This document shows, piece by piece, positions 9,232-18,805 of a DNA stretch of 64,000 nt. Numbering within the stretch: position 1 is the first letter of the stretch; each line of letters opens with the position of its first letter. The translations under genes were made by a program, and so were the position numbers. This DNA comes from a virus (Duplodnaviria > Caudoviricetes), in IMG/VR virus record IMGVR_UViG_3300023174_000048, positions 96,001-160,000 of that record; one strand, 5' to 3'. The notes under the pieces are model-generated. The model saw only the letters and a list, made by a program, of their open reading frames with translations, made no database searches and was not told the DNA's origin.

Positions 9232-11096
9232 CAAAAACATATTCAGTTCTTCATGCTCATTCTCACTATAGTCTTTTAGACGGAATTAGTAAACCTAGTC
9301 AAATAGCGGAAAGGTGCGTTAATGCCGGAATTAAAACCTGTGCAATAACTGATCATGGAACTATTTCCGGATGTGTTCAGTTTTATCAGGCGATGAAGGT
9401 CAAAAAGATTAAGCCAATATTAGGTTGTGAACTTTATATATCTAAAAACGACTCCCTCATTAAAGAGAAAGAGAATAAAGATTTAAGTCATTTCCTCGTT
9501 CTTGCTAAAAACCTAGCAGGATGGAAGACCCTTGTAAAAATCATATCTGAAACTAATAGAACAGACAACTTCTATCATAAGCCTAGAATTAGTTTTGATA
9601 GATTGGCACCTATGCTGGACGGAAATATAATAGGATTTTGTGGTCATTTAGGATCAAGTATATCAGACTTGGTTCAGGAAAATCCCGATAACTATACTGA
9701 TAAGGCAATGTCTTTTATAGACTATATGAAAGAAATATTTGGCAAAGATAATTTCTTTTTAGAAGCCCAACTCATGGATCAGGAACTAAATCCTAAACAA
9801 AAAGAAATGACAGATATAATGAGACAATTATCTGTTAAGACTAAAACTAAAATAATAGCCACTCCAGACGCTCACTATTGTGAAAGAAAAGACGCTATTG
9901 ATCAAAGGATTTTATTATGTAATAATCTTAAGACAACTTTAATAGATATAAATAAGAAACTCTTGGCTAATGAGGAAGTGCCAATGGGTTGTTTTTTTAA
10001 ATCGGACAACTATCATATTCCAGATCCAGAAGAAATGACGAAGTGGCATACTAGCGAAGAAATTGAAAATACTCTATATGTTGATTCAATGTGCGAAGAG
10101 TATTCTATTCTTAGTAAGCCAGCCCTTCCTGCCTTTGAATGTCCAAACAACTCTAATCCAGAAGAATATCTGAGACAATTATGTAGAGATGGTTGGCGAG
10201 AGAAGATAATGAATGATATTCCAGAGTCTGAGCATACCAAATATGCAGACAGAGTAAAATTAGAATTAGATATTTTACAAAAAGCTGGATTATCTAGTTA
10301 CTTTCTTATAGTACAAGATATTGTAAACTATGTTAAAAAGAGTGGATGGCTTCCCGGAGCAGGAAGAGGAAGTGCTGCAGGATGTTTGGTGTCATATCTT
10401 ATTGGTATTACTCAAATTGATCCTATCAAATATAATTTACTGTTTGAAAGATTTTATAATGAGGGCCGTAATACTGCGGATCATATTTCCATGCCAGATA
10501 TTGATGTTGATGTTCCAATTAATAAAAGAGAACAGATCATCGAATATATTAAAAATAAGTATGGTTCAGACAAGGTTTCTCAAATGATTACATTTAATAC
10601 TATGAAAGGCAGAGGTGCCTTAAAAGAAGTATTAAGAGTGTATGACAATATCTCTTTTGAAGAAATGAATCGAATAACGAAGTTCATTCCTGACGAAGCA
10701 AAAATTGCTGACGAATTACAGGAAATGAAAGAAGATACCGGAGAGGCATCTATTATCAGGTGGGCACTAGAAAACAATGTTGACAAACTGAAGGAGTGGT
10801 GCTATATTAGTGATGATGGTTCTCTTGCCGGACCTTTGGCCAAAAGGTTTGAACAAGCCATTCGACTTGAAGGAACTAAATCTAATCAATCCAAACATGC
10901 CGCCGGTGTAGTTATTAGTAGTCAAAGTCTCAGTGCTATTTGTCCCATGGTTTATGATTCTAAAAATAAACAAGCAATAGCAGGGATGGAGATGCAAGAT
11001 TTGGAAAATTTAGGTTTAATCAAATTTGATATTCTAGGCGTTGCTATGTTAGACAAAATTATGACCATATCAGAAATTTTATGCAAAGGAGAATAA
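9228..11096 (+). CDS. dnaE: DNA polymerase III alpha, N-terminal part (PHP and palm)
   Basis: HAHSHYSLLDG, AITDHG, GAGRGSAAGCLVSY, LLFERF, MPDIDVD and KHAAGVV; ends at GLIKFDILG plus 16 aa. Confidence 0.95.
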   Translation: MTKTYSVLHAHSHYSLLDGISKPSQIAERCVNAGIKTCAITDHGTISGCVQFYQAMKVKKIKPILGCELYISKNDSLIKEKENKDLSHFLVLAKNLAGWKTLVKIISETNRTDNFYHKPRISFDRLAPMLDGNIIGFCGHLGSSISDLVQENPDNYTDKAMSFIDYMKEIFGKDNFFLEAQLMDQELNPKQKEMTDIMRQLSVKTKTKIIATPDAHYCERKDAIDQRILLCNNLKTTLIDINKKLLANEEVPMGCFFKSDNYHIPDPEEMTKWHTSEEIENTLYVDSMCEEYSILSKPALPAFECPNNSNPEEYLRQLCRDGWREKIMNDIPESEHTKYADRVKLELDILQKAGLSSYFLIVQDIVNYVKKSGWLPGAGRGSAAGCLVSYLIGITQIDPIKYNLLFERFYNEGRNTADHISMPDIDVDVPINKREQIIEYIKNKYGSDKVSQMITFNTMKGRGALKEVLRVYDNISFEEMNRITKFIPDEAKIADELQEMKEDTGEASIIRWALENNVDKLKEWCYISDDGSLAGPLAKRFEQAIRLEGTKSNQSKHAAGVVISSQSLSAICPMVYDSKNKQAIAGMEMQDLENLGLIKFDILGVAMLDKIMTISEILCKGE

Positions 11097-11097
11097 A

Positions 11098-11277
11098 ATG
11101 CAAAAACAATTTCATGAACTAGCGATTGGCGATAGGTTCACAGTTAATGGTGTTGAATATATTAAAACTGAAGAAGTTAGAGTTAGCTGTTGCAGAAGTA
11201 TCAATTGTTATGCTTCTTCTGACGCTAATCAAAAAGGACATTTTCCCGGAAATACAGAAGTTACAATAAATGGCTAA
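11098..11277 (+). CDS. Unlisted 59-aa protein between the dnaE halves (MQKQFHELAIGDRFTVNGVEYIKTEEVRVSCCRSINCYASSDANQKGHFPGNTEVTING)
   Basis: Translated by hand. AAGGAG lies just upstream inside the end of dnaE-N, and the stop overlaps the next ATG at 11270. Confidence 0.75.
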   Translation: MQKQFHELAIGDRFTVNGVEYIKTEEVRVSCCRSINCYASSDANQKGHFPGNTEVTING

Positions 11278-11965
11278 TCTACAAAAAATTTGTGTCTTTG
11301 ATTTGGAAACAGACGGAGTTAATCCTGATCTTTGCAGTCCAGTTCAAATTGCTGCGGTTATGGTTGATCCACTAAAATTAGAAATAGTTAAAGATTCAGA
11401 ATTCAATATTACCGTTAAGCCGTTGATACTAGAAGAAAAACCAGAGTATGTTTATTCTGATTCCGATGTTCTGGACTTTCATGCCAAGGTAAAAGGAAGT
11501 ACAAAAGATCAGATTTTAGAATCTTGGAAAGCATACCAGAAGCAAGAGCACGGATGGAATATGTTCATATCCTACCTGGAAATGTATCATATTAGATCCA
11601 GCGGTAAGAAGTCTTGTTTCACGGCACCTATTGCTGCTGGTTATAATATTAATAGGTTTGATCTTAGGATAATAGAAAGATTAAGTCAAAAATATAATAA
11701 TCTGAATAAAGAAGGACGATCCTCTTTGTTTTATCCTAGAGACGTGATAGATATCATGAATTTAGTATTTTATTGGTTTGAAGGAAATAGCGAACTAAAA
11801 AATTATACTCTAGATAACCTTAGAGATTATCTTGGTATAGATAAAGAAGGTGCTCACGATGCTCTTAAGGATGTTCAAGATACGGCAAATATCTTAATTA
11901 GATTTTTAAAGTTACACAGAAGCTTGTCAAATAAGATTAAGTTTAAATCATCATTTATTGGATAA
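11270..11965 (+). CDS. DEDDh 3'-5' exonuclease (DnaQ/epsilon-like)
   Basis: ExoI VFDLETDG, ExoII AGYNINRFD, ExoIII HDALKD. Confidence 0.9.
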   Translation: MANLQKICVFDLETDGVNPDLCSPVQIAAVMVDPLKLEIVKDSEFNITVKPLILEEKPEYVYSDSDVLDFHAKVKGSTKDQILESWKAYQKQEHGWNMFISYLEMYHIRSSGKKSCFTAPIAAGYNINRFDLRIIERLSQKYNNLNKEGRSSLFYPRDVIDIMNLVFYWFEGNSELKNYTLDNLRDYLGIDKEGAHDALKDVQDTANILIRFLKLHRSLSNKIKFKSSFIG

Positions 11966-11973
11966 ATTAATTA

Positions 11974-13599
11974 ATGGGTAAGTTTTTTACGTTTGATTGT
12001 GGTTGCAAGTTTCCGGTTATAGGCGATAATGAGAATTTTCCAAGAATAGATTTTTCTCCAAAATTATCTAATATCAACCTTAACTGTGAAAAAACATGGG
12101 ATTTAATATCTCTTGGTAATACCAAAGGATGTTTTCAATTAGAATCCAGACTAGGCCAAACAATGGCCAGAAAACTTAAACCCCATAATATTGAGCAGTT
12201 ATCTGGATTAATTAGTATTCTCAGGCCAGGATGTCTTGAGGCTATGAGAGATGGTAAAAGCGTATCAAACCATTATATTGATAAAAAGAATGGATTAGCA
12301 TCTATTGATTACTTTCATACTGCCTTAGAACCTATTCTTAAAGATACATATTCTGAAATGATTTATCAAGAACAGGCTATGTCTATTGCTAAAGAATTAG
12401 CTGGATTTAATCTTAAAGAAGCAGACGATCTTAGAAAAGCAATTGGTAAAAAACAAGCGGATAAAATGGCTAAGGTCAAAGAACAATTTATTATTGGTTC
12501 AAAAAATAAGGGACTGATAAACGAGCAGGAAGCAGAACAAATCTTTGAATGGATTGAAAAAAGTCAAAGATATTTATTTAATGCTAGTCATTCTATTAGT
12601 TATGCAATGAATGCTTATCTGTCTGCTTATGCTAAGGCCCATTTCCCAAGAGTCTTTTTTGCTTCGTATCTTAGGTTTGCCAAAGATAAGATAGATCCTC
12701 AACAAGAGATTAAAGAGTTGGTTAGAAATGCTATTGAAATGGATATTGAAATAAGAATACCAGACTTTAGAAATTTAAATGAATTATTCATACTCAAGGA
12801 TAAAAAGATATATTTTGGATTAACAGATATTAAGGGTGTTGGTAATTCAGTATATAAAAAGATTATCGATCTTGTTAAAGATTGTGATGTTAATGAATTA
12901 TCTTGGTCACAAACCATGTCTATAGTTCTTTTAAATATAAACTCTATTGCGGCCAAAGCAATGATTAGTTGTGGGGCGTTTGACTATTTTAAAAAGAATA
13001 GATCAGAATTGTTATTTGAATATGAGATATGCAGCGGCTTAACAAAGAAAGAGTTGGGATCTTTTAATGACTATATATCTGTTAAACCAGAATCTGGAAT
13101 ATTAGACATATTAAGACACATATATGACAATACTAAGCTTATAAAAGGTAGGAAAGAGGCTATTAATAACTATATACAATCTATGATACGTCCTCCATAT
13201 TCTTTGGTTGATAAAATAGAATGGCTATCTGATTCAGAAAATGGTCTACTTGGGGTGGGAATTACTTGTTCCAAATTAGATGCTTATGATGTAAGTTCTG
13301 CAAATTGTAATTGTAAAACATTTAAAACATCTTTAATTAAAGATAATATTATATTAGTTGGTGAAATTTCTAATATCAATGTTACCAAAACAAAAAATGG
13401 TAAAAACCCCGGATTGGAGATGGCATTTGTAACGATTGAGGACCAGTTTGGTACACTAGATACTGTGGTCTTTTTTCCAGAACCATTCTCTCAATATAGA
13501 TCGTATTTATTTATAGGAAGCATACTTGTATTTTCTGGTAATCGTAGTAAGTCGAAGGATGGGCTGATTGTGGAAAAGTGCTTTAATCCAGTTTCTTGA
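11974..13599 (+). CDS. dnaE: DNA polymerase III alpha, C-terminal part (fingers, HhH, OB fold)
   Basis: GNTKGCFQLES, LISILRPG, MIYQEQAM, ADDLRKAIGKK, YLFNASHSISYA, FGLTDIKGVG and OB-fold MAFVTIEDQFG. Confidence 0.95.
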   Translation: MGKFFTFDCGCKFPVIGDNENFPRIDFSPKLSNINLNCEKTWDLISLGNTKGCFQLESRLGQTMARKLKPHNIEQLSGLISILRPGCLEAMRDGKSVSNHYIDKKNGLASIDYFHTALEPILKDTYSEMIYQEQAMSIAKELAGFNLKEADDLRKAIGKKQADKMAKVKEQFIIGSKNKGLINEQEAEQIFEWIEKSQRYLFNASHSISYAMNAYLSAYAKAHFPRVFFASYLRFAKDKIDPQQEIKELVRNAIEMDIEIRIPDFRNLNELFILKDKKIYFGLTDIKGVGNSVYKKIIDLVKDCDVNELSWSQTMSIVLLNINSIAAKAMISCGAFDYFKKNRSELLFEYEICSGLTKKELGSFNDYISVKPESGILDILRHIYDNTKLIKGRKEAINNYIQSMIRPPYSLVDKIEWLSDSENGLLGVGITCSKLDAYDVSSANCNCKTFKTSLIKDNIILVGEISNINVTKTKNGKNPGLEMAFVTIEDQFGTLDTVVFFPEPFSQYRSYLFIGSILVFSGNRSKSKDGLIVEKCFNPVS

Positions 13600-13623
13600 C
13601 AGTGTACAGCGGCAGTTTATAAT
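13596..13623 (+). promoter_or_regulatory. Consensus sigma70-type promoter for ssb (TTGACA-N16-TATAAT)
   Basis: TTGACA at 13596-13601 overlaps the dnaE-C stop; TATAAT at 13618-13623; RBS AAGGAG at 13649-13654 precedes the ATG at 13662. Confidence 0.8.
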
Positions 13624-13661
13624 ATGGTAGTTGCGAGTTTTCTTTCTTAAGGAGTTGATTT

Positions 13662-14033
13662 ATGAATATTACGTTGCTAAAGGGTAATCTTGCTAGGGAT
13701 CCAGAACTAAGAAATGTAAATACTGGAGGAAAGCAAACATCAGTAGTTAATTTTACTGTTGCTGTTTCTCGTGAGTATACAAAGGCTAGTGGAGACAAGG
13801 ATAAGATTACTTCCTTTATAAATTGCGAAGCGTGGGATAGTGGTGCGGAAATGATATCTGAGTCATTCAAGAAGGGTGATCTGGTTATGGTTGAAGGATC
13901 TCTGAGAAATGATTCGTGGGAAAAGGATGGAGTTAAGCATAGTAGTCTAAAAGTTAGAGTAAATAACTTTTCAAAGATTACAAGACTTTCTAAGAATTCC
14001 AGACAGGATTCACAAGAGCCAGTAGCATTCTGA
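13662..14033 (+). CDS. ssb: Single-stranded DNA-binding protein
   Basis: LKGNLARDPELR, NFTVAV, FINCEAW, KKGDLVMVEGSL; short tail ending QEPVAF. Confidence 0.95.
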   Translation: MNITLLKGNLARDPELRNVNTGGKQTSVVNFTVAVSREYTKASGDKDKITSFINCEAWDSGAEMISESFKKGDLVMVEGSLRNDSWEKDGVKHSSLKVRVNNFSKITRLSKNSRQDSQEPVAF

Positions 14034-14060
14034 TAAATATATTTAAACCCTTTTAAAGAT

Positions 14061-14091
14061 ATGGGGGTGCTAATACCACCCCCGTATTTTT
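14061..14091 (+). terminator. Intrinsic terminator after ssb
   Basis: ATGGGGGTG-ctaatac-CACCCCCGT hairpin followed by ATTTTT. Confidence 0.75.
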
Positions 14092-14099
14092 ATCTTCTT

Positions 14100-15770
14100 A
14101 TGACAAAACCAAAACTTAAAATCTTAATGTGTTCCGAGGCTAGTTTTATAAATTCTGGTTTTGGAATTTATACAAAAGAACTACTGAATAGACTGTATGA
14201 TACCGATAAATATGATATAGCAGAATTTGCTTCTTATGGATTTGTTAATGACCCAAGAGACACTTCTATAAGATGGAAGTATTATGCTAATGCTGTTAAG
14301 GATGGAGATCCTAGGCACAAAGAATATTCTTCTAGGGGAGACAATCAATTTGGAAGATGGAGATTTGAAAAAGTTCTTTTAGATTTTAAGCCCGACGTTG
14401 TTATTGATATCAGAGACTACTGGATGACAGCTTATCAGAGGACTTCCCCTCTGCGTAAGTTTTTCCATTGGGTGTTAATGCCAACAGTAGACTCATCACC
14501 ACAACAAGAAGAATGGATTGATACTTTCTTAGACGCCGATGCCATATTCACCTATTCTGATTGGGGTGCAAAAGTATTAAAAGACCAAGCATCTGGTAAA
14601 ATCAATTATATAGATACAACATCGCCAGGAATAGACTGTAATGTATTTAAGCCAAAAGACAGAAATACAATCAGATCAAATTTTGGAATAAGCGAAGATA
14701 GCTTTGTTGTTGGTTCAGTAATGAGGAACCAAAAAAGAAAATTAATTCCTGAGCTTTTTGCAACATTCAGGATCATTCTAGATAAACTAGAAGCAAATAA
14801 CAATAAAGAGCTGGCAGATAAAATATTCCTATATCTGCATACAAGCTATCCAGATATGGGATGGGATATACCGGAAATACTAAGACAGAACAGATTGACC
14901 AATAAAGTATTATTCACATACTTATGCAAAAGCTGTGGTAAGGTTTCTTGTTCAAAATTTCAAGGACCGAGCAAAGTATGCGATAGATGCCTAGCCAAAG
15001 CGAGCAGTTTCCCATCTGTTACAGACGGGGTTAGCTCTGAGGAATTAAGCAACATATATAATATATTTGATTTATATGTGCAGTATTCTATTTGCGAAGG
15101 ATTTGGTATGCCACAAGTTGAGGCTGGTGCTTGTGGTGTGCCTATTGCTACTGTAAATTATAGTGCCATGTGCGACATAGTAGACAGACTCAATGCTTAT
15201 CCTATAAAAATTAAATCAGCATTTAAAGAACTAGAAACCAAAGCAATCAGAGTATATCCAGACAATCAGGATCTTGCTGAATACATTTTAGACTTAGCAT
15301 CTCAGCCAAAACCCATTCTGAATAAGAAGAGATTTGAAACACATGAACTAACACATAAACACTATGATTGGAATAACACTTTTAAGAAATGGGAAAAATA
15401 TCTAGATAGTCTAGATTCATCGGGCTATAGATCAAATTGGAATACCGGAGAATATCTTGAACCATTGAATACTCAAATCAATAATCCCAGTAATAGTAAT
15501 TTTGATAATCTTTTACATATCCTAAATAATAATATGAAAAATGCATCAATGATTGGTGATCAAAAAATGCTAGAGTTATTGAATAGCTCAGATTATGGAT
15601 TCGTTCAAAATGGACCAACAAGTATTCTAGGATATGGTTTTCAAGACCTTAAAGAATATATTAAAACCAATATAGACAATAACAATCAAGCAAAACAAGC
15701 AAAAGACAGTAATATTACATTTGATGAAGATTTTATCTTATATTCGAAGCTAAAGAATAAACAACAATGA
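14100..15770 (+). CDS. GT-B (GT4-like) glycosyltransferase with a Cys-rich insertion
   Basis: SGFG near the N-terminus; VMRNQKRK; CEGFGMPQVEAGACGVP (EX7E motif); CKSC...CDRC insertion. The start is moved from 14061 (inside the terminator) to the ATG at 14100. Confidence 0.88.
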   Translation: MTKPKLKILMCSEASFINSGFGIYTKELLNRLYDTDKYDIAEFASYGFVNDPRDTSIRWKYYANAVKDGDPRHKEYSSRGDNQFGRWRFEKVLLDFKPDVVIDIRDYWMTAYQRTSPLRKFFHWVLMPTVDSSPQQEEWIDTFLDADAIFTYSDWGAKVLKDQASGKINYIDTTSPGIDCNVFKPKDRNTIRSNFGISEDSFVVGSVMRNQKRKLIPELFATFRIILDKLEANNNKELADKIFLYLHTSYPDMGWDIPEILRQNRLTNKVLFTYLCKSCGKVSCSKFQGPSKVCDRCLAKASSFPSVTDGVSSEELSNIYNIFDLYVQYSICEGFGMPQVEAGACGVPIATVNYSAMCDIVDRLNAYPIKIKSAFKELETKAIRVYPDNQDLAEYILDLASQPKPILNKKRFETHELTHKHYDWNNTFKKWEKYLDSLDSSGYRSNWNTGEYLEPLNTQINNPSNSNFDNLLHILNNNMKNASMIGDQKMLELLNSSDYGFVQNGPTSILGYGFQDLKEYIKTNIDNNNQAKQAKDSNITFDEDFILYSKLKNKQQ

Positions 15771-16765
15771 ATATTTTATATATAGGACCATATCGACAAA
15801 AGGGTATTATTGGAATAACGTCTCTATTTGTTCTAATTAATATACTGTCTAAAGCTAATACCCATGTTAGTTCTAGACCTATCTATATTAATGGTGCTGA
15901 GCCAGTGGATGTTGGAAATGAAACAATTCTGTCTAGTGAAAAAAGTAGACTAGATAATTACGATATGGTTATCCAACATGTAGACCCAAAAGACTGTATA
16001 AAAATAAACTCAGTTAAGAAAAATGTAATCATACCTATTCTTAATGAAAGAATATTAGATGAAAATACTATTAATAAGCTTGCAGATTTCGACATGGTAT
16101 TGACAGATACGAAATATTCCTACTCCAGAATTGCAAATGCCGGTAATAAACTATCAAGTAAAACAAAGAACTATGATTACGATATTCCAATGTCTTCAAT
16201 ATCACAAAATAAATTCAATATAGGAACTTTGGGTCATACTAAAAAACTATATTTTATTGGTAGTTATAGACATAATATTGCTAATATTAATTATTTATGC
16301 AAGTCCTTCATAAGAAACACAGTAAACAATGAGTGTTCTTTGGTATTGTTTTTATTTGATATCGATGCCAAAATTAAAAATGATATTGAAAGCATGATAT
16401 CTAATATATATACAGAAAATAATATTAAGCATGCCATCAACAGAGTCCTTGTTGCACCAATAGACCCAACACTAGAGAATATACTTATTGCTCATCAAAC
16501 TGGCGATATTTTTATTGACTTACAAGACGATAATAGCAACACAGTAAATAGTAAATTTGCAACAATTCTTAAGAAATCAATCGTTTCATTCGGTGTTGAT
16601 GACTATGATTATAGTTATAATAGAAATCATACCATATATAGCACAGGATGTACGGGTGTTTCATATAAGTCAATAGAGACAAAAACAAAAAGAGCAATAT
16701 CAGATAATATATATAGTGAACATATAATACCATTTAAAAAACAGCATATTAATAAAATCATATGA
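15767..16765 (+). CDS. Divergent GT-B fold glycosyltransferase-like protein
   Basis: MNILYIGPY, YDMVIQH, KLYFIG and HQTGDIFID; no EX7E motif. Confidence 0.5.
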   Translation: MNILYIGPYRQKGIIGITSLFVLINILSKANTHVSSRPIYINGAEPVDVGNETILSSEKSRLDNYDMVIQHVDPKDCIKINSVKKNVIIPILNERILDENTINKLADFDMVLTDTKYSYSRIANAGNKLSSKTKNYDYDIPMSSISQNKFNIGTLGHTKKLYFIGSYRHNIANINYLCKSFIRNTVNNECSLVLFLFDIDAKIKNDIESMISNIYTENNIKHAINRVLVAPIDPTLENILIAHQTGDIFIDLQDDNSNTVNSKFATILKKSIVSFGVDDYDYSYNRNHTIYSTGCTGVSYKSIETKTKRAISDNIYSEHIIPFKKQHINKII

Positions 16766-17640
16766 GTATCACCAATTCAATTCTAAATATCGCTTACGGA
16801 ACTCTTAATAAAAGAATTAATCTTCTTTATTCTCCTGGCTCAATGTTGTTTGATAATATTTTTAATGATGTAGATAATATTAATTTATTTTTTGATGGAG
16901 ATGAGGTATCAGATTACTATTATGATTGTTATTTTTCTAATAATTTTTTAGACCATACAAATAATACTAAAAAACTATCAGATAAAGCACACCTAAAGGA
17001 TATTATAGCTTTTCATTACCCTCCTCCCCCAAGCTTTAAAAAAGAAGATGTAGTACTATTGCAAAATAATACTAAACACATTCATAAGATCTTTTTTGGC
17101 GAACATATTATGCAATCATGGAGATATCCTCAAGATAATAAAACAACAATTATTAATTATGGTATCCCTGTTACTGAATGGTCAGCAACAAGAGATAAGA
17201 ATGTATTAATATTTAATCTAGAAAATAATCCACAAATAGACACTTTACACAAAACAATATCTTCAAACATACCAAATACAGACATTATAAAAGCCATTAG
17301 TCCATCAAATATCTCTATTAATAATCTTGGACAATTTTTATCACAATACAAAGTCTGCATCGATCTTGGCAATACGGTCAATACTCTGTTTGCAATGTCT
17401 TGTGGGGTAGAATGTGTTTCTCCCATAACAAATGATAAAGATAATCCTCTTATGCACAATATTAGTGATTTTAATAGTATATTATATACTTTAACAAATA
17501 TTTTATCAAAAAATACAAGCGAGCAAACGCGACACGAAGGTTCAGAACTAATTTACTCAAAATATGATTATAATACATTCAAAAATAATATGGTGGAATA
17601 TATGACTAATTTTAAAAACAATGAGATATTTGTACTATGA
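16762..17640 (+). CDS. Divergent GT-B fold glycosyltransferase-like protein
   Basis: C-terminal YKVCID...LFAMSCGVECVS resembles the GT4 EAMACG segment. Confidence 0.5.
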   Translation: MSITNSILNIAYGTLNKRINLLYSPGSMLFDNIFNDVDNINLFFDGDEVSDYYYDCYFSNNFLDHTNNTKKLSDKAHLKDIIAFHYPPPPSFKKEDVVLLQNNTKHIHKIFFGEHIMQSWRYPQDNKTTIINYGIPVTEWSATRDKNVLIFNLENNPQIDTLHKTISSNIPNTDIIKAISPSNISINNLGQFLSQYKVCIDLGNTVNTLFAMSCGVECVSPITNDKDNPLMHNISDFNSILYTLTNILSKNTSEQTRHEGSELIYSKYDYNTFKNNMVEYMTNFKNNEIFVL

Positions 17641-18053
17641 GCAGACATTATAATATCACATATAAAAATTATGTGCCTAATAGTTCTAATAGCATTAATA
17701 TAGATTTATCTGAACTTGATAATATAATAAATCATTCATCAGATGGAATATATTGTTCCTGTTTAAACTATATAAAGATTGAAGAAATAGATGCTATCTT
17801 TCATAAGGTTCTTAATAAAACTAAGCCAACAGGAGTGGTAATATTTAGTATCATAGATGTTAAAAAGTATTCAAATGATTTTTTACAGAACCAAATAGGT
17901 GGACAGGAATTTTTAAGCAAACTTAATGGCGTTCAATCAATACTATCTATAGAAGATATATATACTAGAATTGATAATAATATTTTTACAATAAAACAAA
18001 TCTTGCAAGAAGGCGGAACTATTGATGTTGCCCTAGAAAGGATTAAGATATGA
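17637..18053 (+). CDS. Hypothetical protein; possibly a class I SAM-methyltransferase-like fragment
   Basis: DGIYCSCLNYI...VLNKTKPTGVVIF resembles the DxI...L..LkpgG motif. Weak match. Confidence 0.4.
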   Translation: MSRHYNITYKNYVPNSSNSINIDLSELDNIINHSSDGIYCSCLNYIKIEEIDAIFHKVLNKTKPTGVVIFSIIDVKKYSNDFLQNQIGGQEFLSKLNGVQSILSIEDIYTRIDNNIFTIKQILQEGGTIDVALERIKI

Positions 18054-18805
18054 GTAAATTTAATACATCTTGTAAAAAATGCTATTTTGCTCAAGAAGTA
18101 TCGTCTGGAAAGTCTTGTGAATTTTACATTCCAGATGCTATAGCTTCCAATAAAAAAATAGAAGTTATTGATAACTATAACTATATTCATAATTATTTAT
18201 GCAAATATGGACTATCAAAAGATAAAGCCGATGAAATATCAACTAATAAAAGTGAGATTGATCTTAAAGTATATGCAAAAAGCAGAGTAGCTCCAGCTTA
18301 TGATTTGTTCTGCATGGTAGGTGATAATGATGAGATAGAGAATATCTGTAATCAGATTATAAAATTAGAGATTAAACCAGAGCGCATAAATCTGTCATTT
18401 AAACGAGATTATGACATGAAAAGGGCTCAGTCTGCTTGTGATAAAATACTAGGTAATCAGATGTCTTGGAAATTACATTATTTTCTAGAAGACAAACCAG
18501 CATACGAAACCTTGCATATTGCAACATCCACAGATGATAAATTATCAAGCTGTAAATTTATATGGATAGTTAATCAAAAAATATTAGAGTCGGCTATAAA
18601 AAAAGATAGCATTAATAGAATTAATTATATAGTTAATGTAGACCAACCAGATGCTGCTATTCTAATGAGTGAAATATCAACAGATTATTTTTATGGAATA
18701 TTCCTCACAATAGAGAATATGAATGGAATATATAAAAATATCAATCATAACCTAGGCCAAGCAATAGAAGAATCATATAAAGACACTATAATACATTATG
18801 ATTGA
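18050..18805 (+). CDS. Hypothetical protein in the glycosylation cluster, with N-terminal CxxC...C
   Basis: TSCKKCYFA...CEF; ATGA-coupled to the upstream gene. Confidence 0.55.
   Translation: MSKFNTSCKKCYFAQEVSSGKSCEFYIPDAIASNKKIEVIDNYNYIHNYLCKYGLSKDKADEISTNKSEIDLKVYAKSRVAPAYDLFCMVGDNDEIENICNQIIKLEIKPERINLSFKRDYDMKRAQSACDKILGNQMSWKLHYFLEDKPAYETLHIATSTDDKLSSCKFIWIVNQKILESAIKKDSINRINYIVNVDQPDAAILMSEISTDYFYGIFLTIENMNGIYKNINHNLGQAIEESYKDTIIHYD

Noticed and set aside
11000-12100. Split intein or self-splicing intron joining the dnaE halves
   Set aside because: No intein N- or C-terminal motifs at either end, and the gap is fully occupied by two coupled ORFs with no room for intron structure.
14061-14099. 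N-terminal extension MGVLIPPPYFYLL of the glycosyltransferase
   Set aside because: It is the translation of the terminator hairpin; the ATG at 14100 gives a normal GT4 start.
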